Shown: piece after piece, positions 55,257 through 64,000 of the stretch
Layout: every line of letters begins with the position of its first letter
Position numbering within the stretch: position 1 is the first letter of the stretch
Source: Bradymonadales bacterium
GTDB lineage: Bacteria; Myxococcota_A; UBA9042; PWKZ01
Assembly (NCBI GenBank): GCA_003559575.1
Contig: PWKZ01000147.1
Coordinates: 35,471-99,470, forward strand
Direction of reading: 5' to 3'
Length of the DNA: 64,000 bases
Made by a program: the position numbers and the translations under genes
The notes under the pieces: generated by a model
Told to the model about the DNA's origin: nothing
Databases searched by the model: none
Seen by the model: only the letters and a program-made list of their open reading frames with translations

Positions 55257-57635
55257 TCAGAGGGTCGTCGAGAACCGACCGACCGAAAATGAGGGGCCGA
55301 AGAGAAAGGCCCATGGGCTCTCGCCATCCCCCCTGCGAGTGGGGGAGTACTCGGCCCAGGCGTGAATGTTGAACGAGGTCTGGAGGACGGTGTCCGGGTT
55401 CAACACCGGGATACTGAAGCCAATCCCGCCAATGAACGACAGGTGCGCGGTTTCACTCAAGTCGGTGCCCAGAATCCCAAGCTCCAGGCCGATTGGAAAC
55501 TCGTTGCCCTCACGATAAAGGAGCGCGAGGCGGCTCGTCGCGCCGGCCGAGAGCGGTATCGAGCCTCGGCCACCGCTTCGACCGAAGCGAAACAGGCCGG
55601 TGGGCAGCGCGGTGCCGGCGCTGATCCTGACGGGCCGATCGCCCAGCACGATGCGATAGCGGGCTTCCGGGCCGATGCTATGACGCGGTGAGAGATCGTA
55701 GTGTCCCCCCGAGTACTCGTGCCCCACCGCCACCAGCAGTCGCGAGAACTCCCGTTGATCGCCGGCGCTCAGAGCGACCCGGACGGTTCCCTCGCCGTGG
55801 CTCACAAGCAGCAGCTCCTCCTTACCGCCGGTGGTGATGCGAATCTGCTGCTCCCCGGCCTCCGGTGGGATGGCGCTCCGATCGATGGTCACGCTGCAGC
55901 TGTCCCGATCACGGTAGGGGACGTTCGTGATCCGTCCGGGAGGCACCGTGAACTCCTCTGCTCGCCGACGGCACATGACCTCTACGACGCGCGGCTCGGA
56001 TTCGCTGACGAGCGGTACCGGGACGTTCATGGCGCGCAGCCGGAAGCGCCCCTCCGTGTCGATTCGAGCCAACACCTCGGGCCTTCCCAGCGCGTTTTCG
56101 AGCGCTTGCGGACGATACGCGAGCCGCAGCGGGATACTGCCGAACATGGCGTCGGTGCCATGCACGAACACATCCGGTCCTTCGCGCCGGACGCGATATA
56201 ACCCTCGCCGGCTCTCGACCCGAATATCCTCCCCCCAACGGTCCTCCTCGAACGCCAACACCACGCGCGCCTCGCGGTTGGTGGGGATGAAATCCACCAG
56301 CCCCTGATTGGGGATCTCGAGCCCGGCTATCACCGGCAGGTAGCCTTCCTCCACCGGGATTGAGAAGGCGCCGAGGCTGGTGCGCTGCAGATCGCGCCGC
56401 ACGAGCGTCAACTCGAGTTTTCGCAAGCCGGCCGGCACCTTCTCGAAGATCACCTCGAACACCCGCCAGGCCCGATCAGCGCTGCTCACTTCGCCGCGCA
56501 CCCACGCATAGGTCGGTGGCCGGGTCTCGATCAGGAGCTCGCGCGGCTCGGTGGCGAAACAGTCGCGTGCGACCACAATCAAATAACGGTGGTTGGCGAT
56601 TCCCGCCAACAGCGGTACTCCGGCGAGCGGCTGCATCGCGCAGCGCACCAGAGGGATTTCTATTTGCTCACGTGTTTGGCTGCGCCCATCGATGACGCGC
56701 TCGGCACCAGGGACGAGATCGATGAGCATTGTCACCGCCAGGGCGGACGGATCGATCCCGAAAATCTCCACCCCGTCGTCCACCAACACACAGCTTGCTC
56801 TCCGGCAACGCACGTCTTTGACTGCCTCCGGGAGCACCAGTGGTACGGTGGTGCGCTCGGCGGCGACATTGAGCTGGCGGGTCGCCACGAGGGGGTGGAG
56901 AAATGAGAGTACGACCTCGGGGATGAATAACCCCTCGCGCCCTATCGCGTGCCCGGCGGCGTCTCGGAGCATCGGCAGCGGCGCGCCCACCTCGAGCGCC
57001 ACCGCGGAGGGCCACAGCATTAGCTCGGCGCGCCCGCCCCGCGCCTTGGTCCGCATGAACTCGCGATCCACCGGCAGCGCGCAGCTCCGCTCCCCCAAAC
57101 AGGGCGCCACGCCCTGGACTCGCCCATCCAGGATCGCCACGAGCGCCAGTTCGGCCAGGTCGTCGCCGCGCACCTCGGCCACCCGCGCCTCGGCCTGCAA
57201 AACGGCGCTCACCGAGCGCTCTCGCCACGGCTCGGGCGCACCCACATACAGCCGCAGCATTTCAGGGGTGTCACAGCTCTCCCGTGTGTCGGCGAGCGCA
57301 ATCTCCAGCCAGGAGGCAGCCCACTCGGCGGGAGAGAGGACCCCGTCCTCCAGCATCGTCGGCTTATCCTCCGGCGCACTCCGCAGACCACAGAGCACAC
57401 CGTCAAACATGACGCGGGAGGGTCGTCCGGCGATTACCACCGCCGGGATGTGCCCCTCCGGCGCCTCGCGCGCCAGTGCGAGCGCCGGCAGCGTGATCGT
57501 GCCGTCTGCGGCGTCCTCCGGCGGCGCAGCCGAAACGCGCAGCGAGGACACCAAGAGGAGCAGGAACGTCAGCCTCGAAAAACCGTGGGGTCGCCCCCAC
57601 CGACAGTGTCGACCTGCAATCACGAGCGCCTCCAC
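55257..57635 (-). CDS. Large secreted hypothetical protein (792 aa)
   Basis: Signal peptide (LTFLLLLVSSLRVSAAPP); no recognised domains. The C-terminal ~150 aa have alternating beta-strand-like pattern. The opposite-strand 375-aa ORF (56593..57720) is Ser/Arg-rich and treated as a shadow. Confidence 0.5.
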   Translation of the reverse strand: MEALVIAGRHCRWGRPHGFSRLTFLLLLVSSLRVSAAPPEDAADGTITLPALALAREAPEGHIPAVVIAGRPSRVMFDGVLCGLRSAPEDKPTMLEDGVLSPAEWAASWLEIALADTRESCDTPEMLRLYVGAPEPWRERSVSAVLQAEARVAEVRGDDLAELALVAILDGRVQGVAPCLGERSCALPVDREFMRTKARGGRAELMLWPSAVALEVGAPLPMLRDAAGHAIGREGLFIPEVVLSFLHPLVATRQLNVAAERTTVPLVLPEAVKDVRCRRASCVLVDDGVEIFGIDPSALAVTMLIDLVPGAERVIDGRSQTREQIEIPLVRCAMQPLAGVPLLAGIANHRYLIVVARDCFATEPRELLIETRPPTYAWVRGEVSSADRAWRVFEVIFEKVPAGLRKLELTLVRRDLQRTSLGAFSIPVEEGYLPVIAGLEIPNQGLVDFIPTNREARVVLAFEEDRWGEDIRVESRRGLYRVRREGPDVFVHGTDAMFGSIPLRLAYRPQALENALGRPEVLARIDTEGRFRLRAMNVPVPLVSESEPRVVEVMCRRRAEEFTVPPGRITNVPYRDRDSCSVTIDRSAIPPEAGEQQIRITTGGKEELLLVSHGEGTVRVALSAGDQREFSRLLVAVGHEYSGGHYDLSPRHSIGPEARYRIVLGDRPVRISAGTALPTGLFRFGRSGGRGSIPLSAGATSRLALLYREGNEFPIGLELGILGTDLSETAHLSFIGGIGFSIPVLNPDTVLQTSFNIHAWAEYSPTRRGDGESPWAFLFGPSFSVGRFSTTL

Positions 57636-57866
57636 GGGGCCGGTTTCTATCCGGCCCGCCCGTTCTTGGGATCAACTTCTATCTCGCGCGCCGGGCGCTG
57701 GCAAGATCACACTAGATTAACTACAATGCCGCTGAGAGGCGAGAGCACGGGCAGAATTACACCCTGACTCCTCGGCTGCCGCCGGTCGGCATCGAAAGCG
57801 GTGGGCCTCGCCCGCGACATGGCAAGAAGAGACGGCGTTTCGGACGCGAGAAGAATGAGAGACGAG

Positions 57867-58379
57867 ATGAAACGACACATTTTGATGCTCGCCGTGGTCG
57901 CCGCCATGCTGTTGTCCGCCACCGTAGTTTCCGCCGGTGAGCTCGCGAGGCCGGGGCGCTTCGGCCTCGGGGGCGCCATGGGCTGGCCGGGAATCGGTTT
58001 GTCCACCAACACCTTCGTGAGCCAGGGGGTCTCCATCCAGGCGGCCGCCTACGGCTTCTGGTCCTTCAACGGATTTGCCGTCGATGTCGATTGCCTTTTC
58101 TGGTTGCATACCATAGTGAGGCACAGAGCGTTCGACTTCACTTGGTACGCCGGTCCCGGGGCAGCCTTCGCCTACTGGGGCGGCGTCGGCCTGGGGCGTT
58201 ATGGCGGAACCCGCGGGGGTATGCTGGGGGGCGCCATCAAGGGCTCCGCCGGGTTGGCGTTACAGTTCAAGGACGCCCCGGTGGATCTCACCTGGCAGCT
58301 CTCTCCGGGGGTCTTCGTGAGCCAATATGGGGCCGGCTTGTGGCTGACGAGTATGCTGGCCTCGCGCTTCTACTTCTGA
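57867..58379 (+). CDS. Small outer-membrane beta-barrel protein
   Basis: Start MKRHILMLAVVAAMLLSATVVSAG (signal peptide). Alternating Gly/aromatic amphipathic strands. C-terminal ...SRFYF with terminal Phe, typical of OMP beta-barrel insertion signal. Confidence 0.55.
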   Translation: MKRHILMLAVVAAMLLSATVVSAGELARPGRFGLGGAMGWPGIGLSTNTFVSQGVSIQAAAYGFWSFNGFAVDVDCLFWLHTIVRHRAFDFTWYAGPGAAFAYWGGVGLGRYGGTRGGMLGGAIKGSAGLALQFKDAPVDLTWQLSPGVFVSQYGAGLWLTSMLASRFYF

Positions 58380-58421
58380 GCCCGAGGAGGGCGGCATAGA
58401 GATAAGAGGGGCGCGTTTCGG

Positions 58422-61148
58422 ATGGGGGACGAGATGGAGGAGCGGGGCCTCCCGCCCGGCGTGACGGTAGTCGAGTTCATCAACACTCCCGCGCCCGACT
58501 CTCAGAGCGCCCCCCTGGTAGCCTCGCTCGCCTCGTTGGGCGCGCTCGAGCGCAACGTCATCGTCCTTTGCGGCGCGCCCGCAAATCCGGAGGGGTCCCA
58601 TTTTGTCGCCGGGGATGAGCGTCTCCTTTTCCCCGGCCCTGTGTTGTTCTCAGGTCTCCCGCCGCGGGGGTTTCTGGGGCGGCTGGAGCGCGCCGGGGCG
58701 ACACCGGCTGCCTGGGGCGAGTTTGCGCCCCCCGGAGCGACTACACTCCAAACACTCGACCAGGTGCTCGCCTGGTGGGCTCCCCTGTCTCACGGTGTTC
58801 CCGGCGCCGACCGGCATCCGATCCAATCACGCGCACCGGCGCCACCCCTGGTCATCGCCGCCACCGGGAGAGCGCAGGCCGCAGCGGCGGTGCCTCTCGC
58901 GCTTCGTCGAATCGCGGCGCTCGGCGCCGCCGGCTATGCGATCCGGTCGACCCCGCTCCGGCTGAGCTTGATGGGCGCCACCAGCGCCACGGGGCTCATG
59001 GATCTGGCCCGCCGGCTTGCGTGCGAGGGGCCGGTCGAGCTTGTCTTTGATGCCGACCTCGATCTCCTGGTCGAATCCGGCCCGACTCTGCTGAGCGCCA
59101 TCGAGTTTCTCGCCGCCGCCGGCCACCGCCTTGAACTTGGCCGGCTCTTTCATCGCCCTCTCACCGTCTCCCCCGCGAGCCACCGACCGGGCGTCGCCGG
59201 CGACGCTCAAGCGCACGTCTTATTGGCGGCGCTCAGGCTCGTCTCCGCCCTCGCCGAAGAGTACAGCGAGACCTTTGGCTGGCGTGCCCACGGACAACTT
59301 TGGCCCGATGCGACTCACGGGCCCAAGGAGCGCGACGAGGCCGATCTCGCCCTGGCGCTCCTGCGGCTCATGGGGATGGAGTCCTTGTCGTCCATGGGCG
59401 GCCCTCAAACGGCGACCGAAGGGGAGACTGTCTCATACCGTGTCGCGGCCGAGCGTTTCGAGGCGCGAGGCTACGAGCCCGGCCAGGAGCGGGCGCGGCA
59501 CACTCCGCCCACCGATCCCAGGATCGCCCGGGAGGTTAGCGACCCCGTTCATCCCAGCGCCGATTGGCTGGGTTTCATCGCCGACGTCAAACCCGTCTGC
59601 CGCCTGGAGGCCTTGCCGCCGGAGCGCGCCGAGGCGCTGGCGACGCAAATCACCACTCGATGGCCGGAGGCGTTCGTCACCAGGGGCCGGGTGAGTGCCC
59701 ATCTGGTCGATCTGGTCGTCGCCCGCCAACCGGAGTTGGCCGAACAGCTCGCCACGATGAAGCCGATGCGCGGGACCGGTGTCGCGGTCGACGAGCGCGC
59801 GCGCATCGAACGAACCGGGCGGTTGCTGGGCTATCCGCCATGCTGTGCGGCGCGGTTCGCCGCCAACGCAGCGGGAGGGCGCGAGACCGACAACGAGTGG
59901 TTGCACCTCGAGAACCGGGTGTGGGAGCCGGGCTCGGTCCCTCTCGCGCTAAGGCCTCTTGTTGGGCCGCTCTCCTTCGTGCCCTGCTCAGCGTGTTGCC
60001 CGCGCGCGCTCGAGCAGGCGGCGACACTCGCAGCGAAAGGGATTCCCACCGTCGCGCCGGACGCGGCTTGGCCGCTGCTGATCATGCTCGACCGGCCGGG
60101 CTGGTTCGCGCAGCTCGAACCACTCTCGCCGGTGGGGGAGCGATTTCACTTCCGTGTGGCGCGGGTGCAAGGGGATGATCAGCGGCTCGCGAAGTTGGCC
60201 GAGGCCGACCGGCTGGAGGTTCTGCCCGGGCGGATCCGCGGACTGCGGGGGGCCGAAGTGGTGGCCGGTTTCACGCTCGAGGCTTTCTTGTGGTGGCATC
60301 AGCGACCGTTCCACGTCGCCTTTTGGCGGCATGTGCTCTGGGCCCGCGCGTGCCGCCCGGCCAAACGAACGCTCGAGGAGGCCGCGCCGGTCGAGCGGAC
60401 CGCGCCGCGGGTGCGACCCCGTATCCTGCCGCTGGACCAAGCGCTCGGGCTACTCCACTCCGGCATCAACACCGGCGCGCTGAGCTGCGCGCGGGTGGCG
60501 CCGACGGCCGACGGCAAGCTTCTGTTGATCGATCTCGCCCTCGCCGGATCACCGGCGGGGTCGTTTTGCTGGTTGCCGCGGGGCGCGCGTCGAGGGGAGC
60601 CGCGGCTTTTCGGTGACGCGTTGATTCCGTCCGGCCCCAAGGCAGCCTGTCTCCAGCGCGACGAGACCTCGCGCCTCGCCGGTCTTCTGGCGGCAGAGCT
60701 TGGCCCGTTGTGGCGTCGTAGCCTGGGTCGGCGCCTCGAGCGCAGCAACCGCGAGCTTGTCTCCGTCGCACCGCGCGAGGGGCTCGGCTCGCTGCTGCGC
60801 GACCGACTGGTGCAAGGGATGCGGTGTTGGGGGCGCTATGTTCTCGAGCTGTTCGAGGAGTGGCTCGGACCCGACGGACTGCCCCGCGTTCGTTTCGTGC
60901 TGGCCGGCAACCGCCATCGAATCGAGCTGCGTTTCGGTCCCCACCGCGAGGCGCCGGCAAGTCGGACGCTGTTGACCACTACACTCGGAGCGCTGTGGCT
61001 GGCACACGACGAAAGACCGCAAGAGCTTCTCGCGCGAGGAGCCGAGCGCCCTGAGCTGGCCGTGGCGTTCGAGTTGGCCAGAGCGGTACCACGCACCGCG
61101 CGCTTTGAGCATTCAGTTGTCGGCCAAAAGCGGCCGACAATCAGCTAA
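58422..61148 (+). CDS. Large orphan protein (908 aa) with paired-cysteine motifs
   Basis: Long uninterrupted ORF with GC3-rich codon usage. Contains GYPPCCAARF and VPCSACCP (two vicinal Cys pairs ~70 aa apart). No recognised catalytic motif. Confidence 0.5.
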   Translation: MGDEMEERGLPPGVTVVEFINTPAPDSQSAPLVASLASLGALERNVIVLCGAPANPEGSHFVAGDERLLFPGPVLFSGLPPRGFLGRLERAGATPAAWGEFAPPGATTLQTLDQVLAWWAPLSHGVPGADRHPIQSRAPAPPLVIAATGRAQAAAAVPLALRRIAALGAAGYAIRSTPLRLSLMGATSATGLMDLARRLACEGPVELVFDADLDLLVESGPTLLSAIEFLAAAGHRLELGRLFHRPLTVSPASHRPGVAGDAQAHVLLAALRLVSALAEEYSETFGWRAHGQLWPDATHGPKERDEADLALALLRLMGMESLSSMGGPQTATEGETVSYRVAAERFEARGYEPGQERARHTPPTDPRIAREVSDPVHPSADWLGFIADVKPVCRLEALPPERAEALATQITTRWPEAFVTRGRVSAHLVDLVVARQPELAEQLATMKPMRGTGVAVDERARIERTGRLLGYPPCCAARFAANAAGGRETDNEWLHLENRVWEPGSVPLALRPLVGPLSFVPCSACCPRALEQAATLAAKGIPTVAPDAAWPLLIMLDRPGWFAQLEPLSPVGERFHFRVARVQGDDQRLAKLAEADRLEVLPGRIRGLRGAEVVAGFTLEAFLWWHQRPFHVAFWRHVLWARACRPAKRTLEEAAPVERTAPRVRPRILPLDQALGLLHSGINTGALSCARVAPTADGKLLLIDLALAGSPAGSFCWLPRGARRGEPRLFGDALIPSGPKAACLQRDETSRLAGLLAAELGPLWRRSLGRRLERSNRELVSVAPREGLGSLLRDRLVQGMRCWGRYVLELFEEWLGPDGLPRVRFVLAGNRHRIELRFGPHREAPASRTLLTTTLGALWLAHDERPQELLARGAERPELAVAFELARAVPRTARFEHSVVGQKRPTIS

Positions 61149-61177
61149 GGGACTCGAATCACCGGCAGCGCCTGCTG

Positions 61178-61352
61178 CCATAATCGTCGGTTCGTTCTGA
61201 GGAACGAGCGTGTGGAGGCGCGTGCATGTGCAAGGAAACAAGACGAATTAGGCGGAGGCGTAGCAGCGCTACGTCGAGCACTAATTCGGTGCAGGTGACG
61301 CCGCAGATGTGCGCGGATCCGCGCGCGAATCCCAGGATGGGCCGACGATTAT
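61178..61352. repeat. Copy 2 of the terminal-inverted-repeat element (see 16087..16237), here upstream of glgB
   Basis: Same 12-bp TIRs (CATAATCGTCGG / CCGACGATTATG) and shared internal blocks. Relative to copy 1 it carries a 29-nt insertion containing the palindrome GCGCGGATCCGCGC and a divergent central segment. Confidence 0.6.
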
Positions 61353-61444
61353 GGACGTTGACAATGTTGGCGTGGGGCTTGTAGACCGAGAACTACTTGG
61401 GATCGAGTCGCCGAATCCCGTTCGTGGAGGGGCCGGGGGTGCGG

Positions 61445-63630
<2,186 letters not shown>

Positions 63631-63631
<1 letters not shown>

Positions 63632-64000
63632 TGTTTCGGGGGCTTGATCGGCACGTCGCGCCAAGCGAGGAAGAGCACGTCCCTGCGAGCGGGGGCGGCA
63701 ATCTTCTCGCGGAGGCGACGTATGGGTTCCGCAACCGCTGGCTCCAGACAGCCGGCCGCCGAATCACCCTGCTGCTGTGCTTGGTGGGGCTCGTCGTGGG
63801 AGGCTTTTTTACCCAGTACAGTCGCCTCGACATCAAGTACGAGCGCGCCCTTGGGGGGGCCATGGGGAGCGCCGAGACGTTTTATTTGCCCCCCAACCCG
63901 GTGCTGCGCGTGTTGAGCTTGGGCCGCGACCCGTTCCTCGCCGACATCATGTTCATTCGCGCCTACATGTATTTTTTGAGCCACCTGTTCACCGACAGGA
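63631..64000 (+). CDS. 3'-truncated ORF, probable membrane protein (not in supplied ORF track)
   Basis: ATG overlapping the glgB stop (TGATG). Frame stays open to the window end with strong GC3 bias. Hydrophobic segment ITLLLCLVGLVVGGFF. The listed 63644..63916 ORF is in another frame and looks like a shadow. Confidence 0.4.

Noticed and set aside
56593-57720. 375-aa plus-strand ORF opposite the 792-aa secreted protein gene
   Set aside because: Ser/Arg/Thr/Ala-rich low-complexity product; the minus-strand ORF has a signal peptide and is twice as long. Kept the minus-strand call.

Overview
The window is 64 kb of approximately 70% GC DNA, probably from a Myxococcota (delta-proteobacterial) genome. 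Two protein-level signals support that: a multi-copy 'Myxococcus cysteine-rich repeat' lipoprotein and a metalloprotease with a MYXO-CTERM-like C-terminal sorting tail. Every gene call below rests on reading the six-frame translations and recognising conserved motifs; nothing was searched or computed.

Gene content, left to right:
- grpE (5' partial), a BamD-like TPR lipoprotein, a small hypothetical protein and an RpoH-like sigma factor.
- An expanded 'Bat' (aerotolerance-type) cluster: MoxR AAA+ ATPase, DUF58, a DUF4381-like/RDD fusion membrane protein, BatA, a giant BatB-TPR-PPC x3 fusion with an acidic DERDEQ tandem-repeat tail, BatD, and BatE-like.
- An SDR epimerase, two divergently transcribed B12-binding radical SAM enzymes, and a GT-C type membrane glycosyltransferase.
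- The replication-initiation/membrane-insertion block dnaA-rpmH-rnpA-yidD-yidC-jag, all co-directional, with no dnaN after dnaA.
- envC-like M23 peptidase, ftsX and ftsE.
- The Cys-rich repeat lipoprotein; a pyrimidine reductive-catabolism pair (a frameshifted hydantoinase/dihydropyrimidinase and a beta-ureidopropionase-like amidohydrolase); a secreted protein with a tandem-duplicated domain.
- Acyl-CoA dehydrogenase, MATE efflux protein, a secreted HExxH metalloprotease, an FHA/coiled-coil protein, a family-4 uracil-DNA glycosylase and coaBC.
- A periplasmic tetraheme cytochrome c fused to a CrtI-like FAD oxidoreductase, followed by a spermidine-synthase-like gene; then cardiolipin synthase.
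- A complete V/A-type ATPase operon in the E-X-A-B-D-I-K order, whose K proteolipid carries a Na+-binding-like signature.
- Two large orphan secreted proteins (792 and 908 aa), a small outer-membrane beta-barrel, glgB, and a 3'-truncated ORF at the window end.

The points most worth a second look are:
- A ~150-175 nt element with perfect 12-bp terminal inverted repeats, present twice 45 kb apart: once between the divergent radical SAM genes and once upstream of glgB. It is a candidate structured sRNA or MITE.
- The flavocytochrome-like tetraheme/CrtI fusion.
- The radical-SAM, glycosyltransferase and epimerase cluster.
- The PPC-domain/acidic-repeat BatB fusion.
- The Na+-type V-ATPase operon.
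- The single-base frameshift in a G4 run splitting the hydantoinase gene.
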